A DNA stretch of 64,000 nt from Narcine bancroftii. Its lineage: Eukaryota. Below, one piece after another: positions 1-13,258 of this stretch. The translations under genes were made by a program, and so were the position numbers. The stretch spans positions 10,354,001 to 10,418,000 of the forward strand of contig NC_091469.1 in assembly GCF_036971445.1 (NCBI RefSeq), in the 5' to 3' direction. Numbering within the stretch: the first letter of the stretch is position 1; each line of letters starts with the position of its first letter. The notes below the pieces were generated by a model, which saw nothing but the letters and a program-made list of their open reading frames with translations, searched no databases and was not told the DNA's origin.

Positions 1-384
1 ACAAGGCCATCTGGGTTTCACTGTAGGAAGAGTTATCTGGCCTCTCAAGCAATTGAACATGAATGACAAGATTTTGGATATAATCAGGATCCAGCAGGAT
101 TCACCTGTTTTAGAGTTGTTGTAAAATTGAATATGCAATGGAAAACAGTTTGTTACTTGTATAAAAATACTTGAAGAGGACATTTTATCTAATATGCTCA
201 ATGTGTGATTTGGTGTTTTCTGGTGTAGAAACTGTATCTTTCAATTTTTTTTTCTCTTCTTTCCTCTTCTATCTCCTGTCCCTTGATTTGTGATCATTGA
301 CCCTGGATTGTTGTTAAAACCTAAATACCCAAGTTGAGTTCTCCCTCCAGGTCAACTCTTTTCTCTGAAGTGTGGCTTATTGTT

Positions 385-1424
385 GTTCCTGATGAGGCCA
401 TTCCATTTGATGACACTCTTGGAGCTGGATCTGGTGAAGCATTCTTGGGTCAGTAGCATGAACAGGAGTGAGCTGAGCACACAGCAGTGAGGGCCAGTGG
501 TCAGTGTAATATTGCTCAACGTTTTGCTACCAACAGACAGACTGGTCTTTCAGTTTAGGAGGTCCAGAATCTAGTTGAGTGCTGGCGAGGGAAGATTCTC
601 CACCAGCCTCTGGGGAATGATAGTATTAAACACGGAGCTGAAATCTATGAAAAGCAGCCTGGCGTATGAGGCATCATTCTTCAGCTGGGTCAGGATGGCG
701 TGAAGGGACAAAGCTTTCATTGTCAGTGGAATGGTTTCTTCCACAGGTGAAATGAAATGGGTCCAGCATCTCTGGATGGTGTGCATTGATATAGTCCATC
801 GCCAGCATTTCATAATGGTGGAGGTCAGTGCCACAGGCCGGTAGTCATTGAGGCCTGTTATTGTTGCCCTCTTGGGTACCAGGGTGATGGTGGTTGTCTT
901 CAACCCTGAGGGAATGATGGGCTGCTGTAAGGAGGTTTGAAAATATCTGTGAAAACCTCCATCAATTGGTCTGTGCAGTTCGTTAATTCCTGACTAATTG
1001 TTGTCAGGTACCACTGTCTAGTGTGGATTCACCTTGAATGGGGTTCTCCTCACCTCTGCTTCAGCTATTCAGGGGCACATTCATCAGAGAGATACAGCTT
1101 TCTCCTGGTCATCCTTCTGTGAATAGCAGATGTTCGGGCTGCCCAGAAGGGAGGCATCAATGTCTTAAGGTTAACGTGATCTGTTATATTCTTTATCCCT
1201 TGCCACATGAGGCTTGTGTCACTGGTGCCACACAGCTGCCTGTGGATCTTTTGTATGTACCCCCACTTTGCCTTCTGGCTTGCACATGAGAATTTATCAC
1301 TGGCTGATCTTAGTGCCATCCTATCCCCTGTACTGAAGGCAGCATCATGAGATCTGAGAAGTGCCTGGACCTCTCTTTGAATTGTTCTTTTGAACCCCAC
1401 CTTCTCTTGTCTTTCCATTCTCAC
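385..1424 (-). mobile_element. Degenerate Rex1/Babar-like LINE, RT fragment
   Basis: ORF 571-903 reads PKRATITGLNDYRPVALTSTIMKC and ARLLFIDFSSVFNTIIP, typical Rex1-type RT motifs. The upstream ORF 1065-1424 matches the pre-RT linker. Frameshifted. Confidence 0.85.
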
Positions 1425-1489
1425 TAGTTGTTTCCCATGTTGCCTATCTTCAATTTGTTGCTCAGGCCTTTAGTTCAGATCTATACATC

Positions 1490-1687
1490 ATGTTAAGCAC
1501 TAGTGCTTCAGGTTCAAATCCACTGCTGTGTCAGGTATTTGTCTGTTCTCCGTAAGTCTGCATATTCCTCCCCATTCCAAAGACTTGAAGGAATACTAGT
1601 TTAATTGGTCACATGGGTTCATTTGGGCAGCGACAGCTGACAGACTGGAATGGCTGTTACCATGTTGTATCCCTGAATTAAAATTAA
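1490..1687 (+). mobile_element. Degenerate tRNA-derived SINE (V-SINE/HE1-like)
   Basis: B-box-like GGTTCAAATCC, then tttgtctgttctcc...ttcctccccattccaaagac and an AT-rich tail. Similar to the other SINE copies in the window. Confidence 0.6.
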
Positions 1688-2283
1688 AGGCATCTTAATC
1701 TGTTCTTCCTTTTACTGATTGTTCCCAACAGACTACAAAATATATATATAAAATTGAGATGTCTGGAAGCAAGGATTAGAACTATTGTTGGCAATAAAAC
1801 ATTTTCTCATAGAGATCAATGACCCAGAAACTGATTGCATGTTTGGTCTCAGCTGAAGAGTTAATTACAGAGATATGGAATTGCAAAAAAACAAGCTCAG
1901 CTGTTAGAGATGTTCAAAATAAGTACTGGATGTAGACAGTTTAATGCGAGATGAGCATAATGAAAAATAGAAGGAATGCTTTGGATGTTAAAGTGAGCAG
2001 TGCATAAATAATATGAATAATTTTTAAATATTTAATATAGAAACTGCAGAAGACCATGTAAAATATGTCAAACAATGATGAAAACCATGTACAAATCCAG
2101 ATGAATTGGTAATTTAAAGATTTAAATCATATAAAGTTGCAACTAAATTATAGACTGTTCCTGTTGGAAAGTGTCTTCAATAAAATTTAGTTAGTTCAGC
2201 AATGAAGGTTGTAGAGAGGAGGGCCATTAAATGATCTTGTGTATTAGTTGCCAGGATCAAGTCGGGGGTAACTTCTGTGCGCA

Positions 2284-2540
2284 CTAAATTTAAATTTAGA
2301 CATGCAACATAATAACAGGCCCTTTAGAACCACGAGCCCATGCTGCCAAATGACACCAATTAACCTACAACCACTTCCCCCCCCCCCCCAGTAAATTTTG
2401 AGCAGTGGGAGGAATCCAGAGATCCTGGGGAAAGCCCATGCAGACAAGTGGAGAATGCACAAACACCTACAGATAGAGCAGGATTCTAACCCCTGTCCAG
2501 ATCACTGGCGTTGTAAGTGTTGCACTAACCATACCACCCC
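2284..2540 (-). mobile_element. tRNA-derived SINE (V-SINE/HE1-like)
   Basis: The plus strand shows aaatttaaatttagacat...aacaggccc...ccaattaacctac, shared with copies at 5675 and 24920. The tRNA-like head is at the right end. Confidence 0.7.
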
Positions 2541-2704
2541 AAACTACTCCAGTGGGTCTTAAACCCATAAACTTTGAATAATGGAATCACATTTCCATTG
2601 CGCCACAGAAAAAAAAAATCAGCGGAAATTGTGAAACTGATGAAACCAACTTCAAATATGCATTGCATGCAAAAGGACCAGTACAATCCTGTGGGCCTTT
2701 TAAT

Positions 2705-3345
2705 CATTCATAGAAATGTAGAATCACAGAAAATCTGTGCAAGAGAAGGCCATTCAGTATTTCAAGCCTGCGCTCTCATTTAATACAATCCTAGCTAATC
2801 GTATATCTTTAACCCTTGAACTTGAAAGTTTAAAATTAAGTTATTGTGCATGCTCCTGCTTTCTCCCCACACCTCTTGATCCCGTTAGCCTCAGGGGCCA
2901 CATTCTACTCCCTGTTGAATGTATCTAATGAACTCTCCTCAACTTTCTGTGGCAGAGAGCTCCACAAGTTCACAATTCTCTTGAAGTTTCCACTTATCTC
3001 AGTCCCAAAGGGTTGATCCCTTATCCTTGGAGAGTGAGCCCCTTGTTCTGGACTTGCCATTGTCAGGAAGATTTTCCTGCATTTAAACCCTCTCATCCTG
3101 TCAGTTTTATATGTATCAATGAGATGTAGAATTTCTTCTAAATTCCATTGGTCCAAGTCTATCCAGTCTTTCTGCATCCCAGGAATCAGCTTAGTGAACC
3201 TATGCTGCATCTCAAGAATGGCCTTCCTCAGATTTATAGACTCAACTGCACATAATACTCAAGGAATGGCCACCCCAAGGCCCTATACAGCTGCAGTGTG
3301 AGACCTTCCTGCTTCTAGATTCAAAACCTCTGGCAATGAAGGCCA
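2705..3345 (-). mobile_element. CR1 LINE 3' fragment
   Basis: ORF 2905-3210 reads QHRFTKLIPGM...RIVNLWSSLPQKV, the CR1 ORF2 C-terminus, followed by a CR1-type 3' UTR. Confidence 0.8.
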
Positions 3346-3630
3346 AAAATTGGGGTGGGGGGGGGAAATAGTGGATTGAGGATGAAAATGAGGAGAAACT
3401 GGCTCCCAGGGAGTAGGGGATCTGTGGAATTCTCTGCCCTAAGAAACAGTAGCTGTTGTAATGATGGTGATTGTGTTTGCATTGCTATTAGCAATGTCTT
3501 AAGGATCATAGTTCCTGTTTGATTATACTAGGCTGCCAGCAGGAAGCTTGCACAGACTTGGGAGTCTACTGTAAGAGAGATCTGTAATGGAGGTTTGCAG
3601 CCTCATGGTGCTATTTATAACAACTTTAAA

Positions 3631-4221
3631 CACCACCTACGGCTCCTAGAACGCTTCCACCAGCGTTGTCTCCGCTCCATCCTCAACATCCATTGGAGCG
3701 CTCACACCCCTAACGTCGAGGTACTCGAGATGGCAGAGGTCGACAGCATCGAGTCCACGCTGCTGAAGATCCAGCTGCGCTGGATGGGTCACGTCTCCAG
3801 AATGGAGGACCATCGCCTTCCCAAGATCGTATTATATGGCGAGCTCTCCACTGGCCACCGTGACAGAGGTGCACCAAAGAAAAGGTACAAGGACTGCCTA
3901 AAGAAATCTCTTGGTGCCTGCCACATTGACCACCGCCAGTGGGCTGATAACGCCTCAAACCGTGCATCTTGGCGCCTCACAGTTTGGCGGGCAGCAGCCT
4001 CCTTTGAAGAAGACCGCAGAGCCCACCTCACTGACAAAAGGCAAAGGAGGAAAAACCCAACACCCAACCCCAACCAACCAATTTTCCCTTGCAACCGCTG
4101 CAATCGTGTCTGCCTGTCCCGCATCGGACTGGTCAGCCACAAACGAGCCTGCAGCTGACGTGGACTTTTTACCCCCTCCATAAATCTTCGTCCGCGAAGC
4201 CAAGCCAAAGAAAGAAGAAAG
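3631..4221 (+). mobile_element. 5'-truncated, well-preserved RTE-clade LINE
   Basis: Uninterrupted frame HLRLLERFHQRCLRSILNIHW...QLRWMGHVSRMEDHRLPKIVLYGEL...GAPKKRYKDCLK with a terminal C-x2-C...H-x3-C finger. Short 3' UTR and a GAA/AAAG microsatellite tail. Confidence 0.9.
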
Positions 4222-5674
4222 TAAAGAACCTTTTCTGCTATCCATGTGTTGTCTAAGAACTCACACATACGAATAAAATATACTAAAGCCACAGTCCAGC
4301 AGATAGATTTCTACATAGTAGGGGTGTTGAGTTGTGAGGTAAAGGCATGTAGATGGAGCTGAGTCCATTGCCAGATCAGCCATAATCTTCTAATTGGTGG
4401 AGTAGGCTTGATGGGCCAGATGGCTGACTCGTGCTTCTGATGTATCCAAAACCTGTACCTGGAATGGAAGTTCAAATCCAACTGTAGTTTTTTGGGAAAA
4501 TCAAAACCCTGCAGATGCTGGAAATCTGGCATGAAAAACAGAAAATGCTGGAAACAAATACCATATTTTGGCGGAGAACGCGACACTTGAAGCACCAAAC
4601 CCCCCCCACCCCAAAAAAGGGTTATCCTAATAGGCCAGATACAAAATCAGTGAGCTTAAAATTCGTTCTGTGGCGGTGCTGAGTCAACATGACACCAGTT
4701 CGTATTTGTATAGTACTAGTATGTTTGGGGGTCTTCATAAATTGTTATGAGCTAAAGCCAATGAAATTCAGACTGATATTGGGCTGTCATCTTATCTGAA
4801 GGTCACCTTATCCACTGAAATATACAGTACTCTCTCTCCTGCCACTGGTGAGCTCAGAATTGCAGTGTCCTTGCAGTGCTTTAATTATGACTGTAGTTTT
4901 GATGGGAGTAACCATGAATTAGAGTATTGGGTGGAAAAAATCTTGAATTTAAGCAGCAGAATTGGAGGAGGTCTTTCATCCCATAGACTTGTCACCACTC
5001 AGTAAAAAAACATGTTTGGATTAAGGGGAAGTAGTGAGAGTGTGAAACAAGTTGCCAGCTGAACTGATGAATGAGAGTTTGATTTCAACTTTAAGAAACA
5101 TTTGAATAGGTAAATGGATGGGAGGGTTACGGTCCGGGAGAAGGTCAATAGCACCAGGATGAATAATAATGGAACATATTAGATAAGCCAAAGCATCTGA
5201 GCTGCAGTGTTCTATAGTTTACTGGTTCTACGACTCACTTTTGCCTTCATAACACTGTCCTGCAGCTACCTATGATCCTGTTTTGCATCTAAAATCTATC
5301 CCTCTTGAACATCATCAATCTTTTTTGCATTTATTCTCGAATGGAAAATTCCAGAGATTTGTTATGCATGGGATGAAGAGTCCTCTTCCCCTCTCCCTCC
5401 CAAATTTGAAACCTATTCTTTATCCATTCTCACTAGTCACAGAATGGGGAACATTACAGTACATTACAGGCCATTCAGCCCATGCTATGTGCTGACCTAT
5501 GTAAACCTACTCTACATCAATCTCACCCTTCCCTACTTTGCACCTATTTTTCTTGCATCGATATGTCTCCAAGTCCCTACTGTACCAGCTTCTACCTCCA
5601 ACCCCAGCAATGCATTCTGGATACCCACGACTCAAGTTTAAAACAAAACAAAAAAAAAACTTGCATCTGCTAAC

Positions 5675-5915
5675 TTTTTTAAATTTGGAGATGCAGCATG
5701 GTTACGGGCCTTTCTAGCTCATGAGCCTGTGCCATCTGATTACATCCATGTGACCAATTAACCTACTAACTCCATATGTCTTTGCAATGTGGGATGAAAC
5801 CAGAACACCTGAGGGCACACCCAGGATTTGGGGAGAACATCAACCCCTTACAGACACTGCCTGAATCAAGCCTGGGTCGCTGGTGCTGTAACAGTTTTGC
5901 TAACAGCTACACTTT
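5675..5915 (-). mobile_element. tRNA-derived SINE (V-SINE/HE1-like)
   Basis: Same internal motifs as 2284-2540 (gaccaattaacctac, tgtgggatgaaaccagaacacc, ggggagaacat). Confidence 0.7.
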
Positions 5916-5964
5916 CTGTGCCATCCACTACACTAACTATTGGTGCCCCTAAACTTTCCTCCAC

Positions 5965-7215
5965 TCTTTTTATATTTTTAAATTTTTTGACCATGCATGC
6001 AGTCAAGTACAAAGTTGGAGTACATATACAAAAGTGAACCCAATATTTACCCCATGGTGGTTATAGCCCCAACCCCCACCCACCCAAAAGATGGAGATGT
6101 TGAAGAAAAAGAAAGAAATAGAAAAGAAAAAGTAGAATGGATTGCTGTAAAGGACTGCACACTCCATCGATCATAATTTCATATTCTATTTAATTTTTAT
6201 TTAGAGAGGATCAACGCAGGTCTTGATGGCTAGGAAGAACACAACTGATGATTTGCACCTGAGATTTATAAATATGGATGCCAAACTTGTATTTTTTTTT
6301 AAAGTTTTTCCTATTAAGTTGTGGGTAATCTTCTCAAGGGGAGTACAGCTATGCATTTCAGCATTTTATCATGCCATACCTAGATGTGAATCTCTCCCAA
6401 GTAACTGCTATACATTTTCTGGCTTCTGCTAATGCAATTTTAACAAATTCTGTTTGATGTTTGAAGAGGTTCAGTTTAGGTCAATAGTTCTCAACCTTTT
6501 TCTTTCCACTCACATACCACTTTTAAGTATTCCCTATACCATAGGTAGTCTATGATTAGTAAAGGATTGCTTAAGGTGGCATGTGGATGGAAAGAAAGTT
6601 TTTTAAAAAAAAAACACTTAATTGCACCTAATTGACTCATTTCATAACTCCAATGGAAATGGGCCAATGACCATGTTTTTCAAGGAAAATATTTCGATAA
6701 CAAATGGGTCTAGATCAGTGGTTCTCAACCTTCCCTTCCCACTCACATTCCACCTTAAGCAATCACTTACGAAACATAGAGCACTTATGGCATGGGGATT
6801 ACTTATAGTGGTATGTGAGTGGAAAGAAAAAGGTTGAGAGCCACTAGTTTTGGTCTTATCCCTGTAATATTCCCCAGTAAAAAAAATAATTCTGGGTTTT
6901 GTGGAAATTGAATTCCTGTAATCTACTTTTATATTTTTTTAAATGTCCTAAATCTACCCAAAAAGGTCTCACTTTAGAACATGATCAAGTTCAATGTAGA
7001 AAGGTTCCTACTTCTTCACTACATCTAAAACATTGGTCTGATGAGTCCAACTTTAACTTGTTTAATTTCTATGGTGTGAGATATAATTGATGCTAAAAAT
7101 TGTATTGTACTAATCTATATCGTGCATTTATTGTATTGGTCATATTATCCCAACATAATTGAGACCAGTTTTGCTTGCCAATTCTTGCATTTTAAGTCTG
7201 ATTTCCTCCACTCTG
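5965..7215 (-). mobile_element. L1-like LINE 3' fragment interrupted by a MITE
   Basis: The minus strand encodes FVKIALAEARKCIAVTW, an L1 ORF2 C-terminal motif. Homologous to 43790-44365. Confidence 0.7.
6482..6846. mobile_element. Composite hAT/Charlie-type MITE
   Basis: Termini caatagttctcaacc / ggttgagagccacta. 8-bp TSD gtttaggt / gttttggt. Second internal TIR pair. Confidence 0.85.
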
Positions 7216-7261
7216 CATAAACAGCTATCCTTGCAGATGAAGCAATGATTTACTTGGATCT

Positions 7262-8990
7262 CAGATTATGATTTAATGTCGGAGCACATGCATGACATCA
7301 AATACAACCCTGAGATACCTTTTCCTGCGGGTGCGGCAGCATTTCCACTAATTGGTAGTGCAAAAAAAAAACCTTTACACAGCATATACATGTAAACAAA
7401 GGACTGTAAACAGTGCATGTAAACAAACTATGCAATAGAGAGAATAAAAAAGAATCAATAAAGTGCACGTCCTTAAATTAATCTCTTATTGAGCTTGTAC
7501 TTGAGGAGTCTGATGGTGGAGGGGTGGCAGCTGTTTCTGAACCTGGTTGTGCGAGTCGTGGCATTTTTACATCTTTCCTGATGGCAGTAGCGAAACCAGT
7601 GTTCACTTGGTGGTGTGTCTTTGATTGCCTCTGACAGCAGTGTTCTCTTTAGATGTTCTCAATAGTGGGGAGAGTTTTGGCTGAGATGACCTGGGCTGTG
7701 TCTACTACCTTTTGAAGGGCTCGGTGTCCCCAAACCAGACTGTGATGCAGCCGGTCAGCACACTTTTCACTGCACATCTGTAGAAATTTGCCAGGGTTTC
7801 TGGTATCATACCAAACCTCCACAACCTCCTGAGGTAGAGGCGCTAACGTGCTTTCTTCCTGATGCCATTGGTGTGTTGGGTCCTGGAAAGATCCTCCAAG
7901 ATGGTGACTCCCAAGAACTTAAATCTGCTCACCCTCTCCACCTCTGAATTTCCCCTGCAATGATGACTGGATTGTAAACTTCTGACTATCCTGAAGTCAA
8001 CAATCAGCTCCTTAGTTTTGATGAACTTGAGTGCAAGGTTGTTATTGGTGCACCATTTGGCCAAGTTTTCAATCTCCATCCTGTATGCAGACTCATCCCC
8101 TTCCTTTATACAACCCACTACTGTGGTATCATTGGCAAATGTGTAGATGGCACTATTGTCATACTGAGTTGTGCAGTTGTAGGTGTAAAATGAGTAGAGC
8201 AGGGGGCTAAGAACACAGTCCTGTGGTGCTCCAGTACTCATGGAGATTATGGAGAAGTTCTTATCAATTGTCACAGATTGTCTGGAGTTGAAGAAATCCA
8301 GGTCTTGGAGTTTGCTGAAGGGATGATGGTGTTGAATGTAGTTGATAAAGAGTATCCTGATGTATGCATCTTTACTGTCCAGGTGATCCAGGACTTTGTG
8401 TATAGCCAGTGAGATGGCATCTGCTGTAGACCAATTTTTATGATGGGTGAACTGAATGGATCTATTTCACCACTCAGACAGGAGCTGATATCTTCCATCA
8501 CCAGCCTTTCAAACACTTCATCACTGTTGATGACTATATGCTGGTTGATAGTCATTGAGGCAGGTTACTACACTGTCTTGGGCACCGGTATGATTGATGC
8601 ATGTTTGAAACAGGTGGGAATCATGCCCTGCCTGAGTGAAATATTGAAGATATCCATCGTTTGGTCAGCACAGATTTTTAATACTTGGCAAAGCATGCAC
8701 GTTATCTGTAGATACGGATAGAATGGGATCATCAGGGGATGTGGAGTGCAGAGGGGTGGTTCTTCTCTGTTACTCGGCATTGAGTTCCTCTGGGAGAGGA
8801 GCTTTACCATCTGGTACTTCACTGAATTTGACTTTGTAACAGGTTGTGGCATTTGGGCCCTGCCACAGCTGACGGGTATCCAGTTATTTCCATTTTCATC
8901 CAGAATCTCTTCTGACATTTGGTGCCTATGCTTGGCCCCCTTTACAAAGCACAGGTTGGGCAATGATTTGTGGAGCAGGTTCCATAGGAC
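7262..8990 (-). mobile_element. Degenerate Rex1/Babar-like LINE
   Basis: ORFs give [52 protein letters not shown] and KTKELIVDFR. 3' UTR lies toward 7262. Confidence 0.9.
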
Positions 8991-9099
8991 AGATGGCCTG
9001 CACCTGCTTCTATTTCTTTTGCTTGCAAGTAGTATTCTGAGCTTCTTTCTAATTTGCCACTTTAAATCTTGATTGCCTACCTTCTCTGACCTGTCAGTG

Positions 9100-10560
9100 A
9101 ACTTCTGCTCTGTTATAGGAAGCCCAATTTAAGTTTAAAGGTCAACATTTTATCTTCAGCCACTTTGCTGAGTTTTCTCTCTCATCCTCCCTCTTTCTCA
9201 GCTCTTTTCTGTCTCTTTTTTCTCGAAGAAAAAAATCAAAAGTCTGCAGACATCATGGCTGAAGTAAAAACACAATGCTGGAGAAACTCGACAGATCAAA
9301 TGGAGTCCTTCATTTACCAATGGTAAAGATACATACCCAATGTTTTGGGCTTGAGCCCTTCAAGGTCTGGAAAATTGTTGGCAGGCACCCAAATAGAGGT
9401 AAGGGGATGTGTGGGGGGAGGTCATGGGGGAGAAAGTAGGGAGGGCACAATAGCAAGCAAGGGGAGGAGGGATGGCTAGTTGAATAGAGAGGAAGGGGGT
9501 GGAAAGCTGAGGGAAAGACGGGGGAAAAGGAGAGCAGGTTAGCAGAAACTGGAAAAGTCATTGTTAATGATGTCCAGCTGGAGACTGCCCAGATGGAAAA
9601 TCAGGTGTTGTTCCTCCAATTACGGGTTGTCTTTGTAGAATAGTACAAGAGGCCATGGACAGACACGTGAGTATGGGAGCGGGATGTAAACCTAAAAAGG
9701 TTGGCCACTGGGAGGTGTGGACAATGTGAAGGTGCTCCGTGAAGTGATCTCCCAGTCTGTACCCAGCCTCTCCAATGAAGAGAAGGCCACAAAGGGATGC
9801 AGTAAATAATCCTGTGGATACACAAGCAAAGTGTTAGCACACTTGCAACCACAGCTCCTTCCTCGCCACAGTCCTGGCCCCAAACAGGGCTTTCAAGTGA
9901 AGTAGCACTTCATTTGTGCATCTATAGGATTGATTTACTGCATCTGGTGAACTCTTTGTAGCCTTCTCTACATTGGATAGTATTAATATCGACTTCTCTG
10001 GTCTCTGCTGACCTGCTCTCCTTCCCCCCCCCCCCCCATCTTCTTTCTCTCAGCTCTCCACCCCCTTCCCTCTCTATTCACCTAGCCATGCCTCCTCCCC
10101 TTGCTACTGTTCTCTCCCTCCCTTCTCCACCTATTACCTCCTGCCTTTGTGACTATGCTTCTATCCCACACCTCCCCCTTACCTCCTTCGGGCACATGCT
10201 GGTGTTTTCCCATACCTTGATGAAGGGCTCAAGCCTGAAACATCAGTTATGTATCTTTCTGTTTGGCCTGCTGAGTTTCTCTAGTACTGTGCTTTTACTT
10301 TTTCTCTCTCTGCATTTCACTCCATCCCCTTTCCAGTGCTCCCTCCCTCTACCTGTCTTTCTCCCACCTACTGCCCTCTCCCCATTAACTTGGCCCCTCT
10401 CCAGCTTCTTTTCCCTCTTCATGTGCATAATATCCCCTTTAAACTTTAATCCTTATAAAGGGTCCTGACCCTAAACATTGGCTATTTCTACCCACCGATG
10501 CTGCCTGACTTGCTGAGTTTCTCCAGCAACTCCTTTGCTCAGGATTCCAGCAATGGCCCT
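9100..10560. mobile_element. Penelope-like element fragments in inverted arrangement
   Basis: Minus ORF 9601-9852 (IIYCI...LPVANLF...SHTHVSVHGLLY) resembles the Penelope GIY-YIG C-terminus. The same region recurs on the plus strand from about 9880 (gatttactgcatc...cttctctacattgga). Confidence 0.7.
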
Positions 10561-11799
10561 CTTTGTGCCTTTCTATAGTTTTGTTAGTTGGGCTATTCCT
10601 GACATAAACCAGCTGCAGATTGTCCTTGCAGCAGAACATCGGTGTCAACACTCTATTTGGAACTGGCTCAAAATACCCATGAAGATGTCTCCCATTCCAA
10701 TAGAAGCATGTTCAGATAACACCTCTTTTGTAATGCTAGAGAAGCAACCATATACAGTAGATTTGTATGTGTTACGGATGTCAGGAATATAAAGCTATAA
10801 AGGTGCCTGCAAGATTGTAATCTATTTTGTACACTCTGTTCCTGGCACTTTCCATTTCCCTGTGCCATCAGATGTAATAGTGATATATTTGACAAAAAGC
10901 AGAATTGAACATTCAATGATTGGGATAGCAAAAGATGAGACTTGACAGTGTTTTTCTTCCTACTCATGAAGATTAATATCTCCAAGAGCAACTGTGCATT
11001 ATTGCTGCTTACAACTGTAATGTCAAACTTCTGGATTGGAACCCTGAGCGAGCTATAAGCAAGCTATTCATCACTCCAATGCGCAGAAGCTGGTAACTAA
11101 GATCAGGCTGGGTGCAATGTTGATGGCTAATGATTTCAATGGGATCACCATTAGGAAGAGTATGTGGGGAAAAATTGATGGAAAGAGCAGTCTACTTCCT
11201 TGGACCTGGAGTGCCAGGATCACATTGATATTAAAAAATTGCACTGTTTATTTTACAATTCAGTGTTTTCGTAAGTAGATTGATCACTCAGTTACAGTCT
11301 GCATTCTTCCATTTCTGAGGATATCAAGGGAATAGCAAGGTTTTTTTGCACAGAGTTAGCCTGCACTGTCTGAAGTGGTAAGGGATTTAATTATAATTTT
11401 CAAGAGAAAATTTGATGGAGACGAAAATAAGGAGCGCATAGGGGAATGGCGCTAATTGACTGACTCAACGAACCGGCACATAAAGGAAATGGACTGCTTT
11501 TTAAAGTTTCTGAAGTTTCTATTGGTTTTAATTGTGGAATTAATGGTTTGATATGCAATCAAAATCTCACTTTCAGGGGAAAAACTGAAGTGAAGGTAGC
11601 ACTTTATTGCAGAAAACAAAATTGAGAAGTGTTCTGCAGATATTGTGTGCAAATAATCACATTTGTCCGTGAAGGTGTGGCCTGACCAGAAAGTTGGGCT
11701 TCACTGGCTTTTGTTGCATTAAAGACATGCTGCATTCAGGATAATGCAGCATGGATTGGGCACTGAAGCATGTGCTGATGGGAGATGGATAGATTGAGA

Positions 11800-12030
11800 T
11801 GGCATGGTTAGTGGAGCAGTTAGTGCAAAGCTGTTACAACACCAGAGACTCTACTTTGAATCTGACTATCTAAGGTTTTTGTTCTCCTCATGGCCTGTGT
11901 GGATTTTCCATAGGTACTCTGGTACCTCCCACCCTCCAAAAACTTATGGGATTGGTGAGTTAATTGGGAGGCATGGGTTTCAATAATCAGAATTGGGCTT
12001 CTATGAAGTTGCAGTTGCATTTAAATTTAG
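11800..12030 (+). mobile_element. tRNA-derived SINE
   Basis: A-box-like ggcatggttagtggagcagttag and a degenerate B box. The body and tttaaattt tail match the reverse complement of the other SINE copies. Confidence 0.7.
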
Positions 12031-12049
12031 AATGGTACAGCTCAAGATA

Positions 12050-12990
12050 GGCTGTCTGTTCTGAACAGAATGCCTCATTAAACACTCTCTTCTGACTGCA
12101 CATGATCCATAATTCCCTTCATTCATCTCTCTATTGAAAAGCCTCTAAAGAAATTACTATTGTATCTGCTTCCAACTCTACACTTGGCAGCTCATTCCAG
12201 TCATTGTGAAGAAAGCACATCAGAGTCCCAATACGCATCAATACCTCTGAGCGGAAAGCCCTGCTGAAGATGGCGGACACAGCCAAAAACTCTCCCCATC
12301 ATTAACAAAAACCTGCAGGGAATGCTGCTGTCAGGGAGTTGCAGCAATCAAGGATCCACACCACCCAGGTCATGCTCTATTCTTGCTGCTGCGTCAAGAC
12401 TCGTACCAAAAAAGATCAGGAATAGTTGGTACCCCTTCACATCAGACACCTAAACAGCACTCAGACTTGTTTACAGACTCTTGCTTTGCACATTATTTAT
12501 TTTTGAATATCAATTTTTTGGTATTGCACAATTAATTTGTTTGCACTTCCTCCTTTGTTTACATTTCTCTCTTTTGTGTGTATATATATCTTTTCATAAG
12601 TGTAGTTTTTTTTCCACTACTGAAAAATTGAAATTCTGCCTGGTCCACAGGTAAAGGAATCTCAGGGTTGTATGTAATATATATGTTCTCTGACAATAAA
12701 TCTGAACTTTGAACTTTTTGCAAATAACTTCCTTGTACATCTTTAAATTTGCTCTTATCACATGCCTTCTCATAGGTGACATGCTTAGCCTGGGATAACG
12801 ATTCACCCTATCAATGCTTCTCCTGATGTTAACTTCTGCTTCTTCTGCTCCACAGTAAACTCTGTAATCTTTGTCCAAACTCTCCTCACAGCTCATAATA
12901 ACCTAATCCATGCAATATCCTGGTAAATCTATTTTTACGCACTTTCCAAAGCCTCCACGTCCTTCCTCTAATGTGATGGCAGATGATGTC
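12050..12990. mobile_element. CR1 3' fragment (minus) interrupted by a Rex1-like 3' fragment (plus, about 12215-12715)
   Basis: Minus ORF 12886-13101 ends KVRKNRFTRILHGL, which is CR1-like. The plus strand has aaggatccacaccacccaggtcatgctct and a caataaatctgaactttgaac tail typical of Rex1-like 3' ends. Confidence 0.6.
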
Positions 12991-13258
12991 AAGTTGTACA
13001 AGCTGAAAAAGATAAAAAATGGACAAAATTTGCTGTGTTTCGTGTTTACTTAAATGCTTCCTCACAAAAATCCTGAAAAAGCACATTTTTTTCTGTATCA
13101 TATACTTTTGGTGAATTTGTAAGTTGAATTTTTTTTAATCACTATCTGCCAAAATGAAGGGGTCACCTGTGCCTATCTTGATCTCTGAGTGTTCTATTGG
13201 TCTCAGTATGTTCTACTGGTGTTTACACATTCTCTTGGGTTCTACATGATTGGTTTGT

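Noticed and set aside
10535-11260. Short ORFs in apparently unique sequence as possible exons
   Set aside because: No recognisable homology and no convincing paired splice sites.
11800-11880. tRNA gene
   Set aside because: The A/B-box-like motifs belong to a SINE head and no cloverleaf can be drawn.
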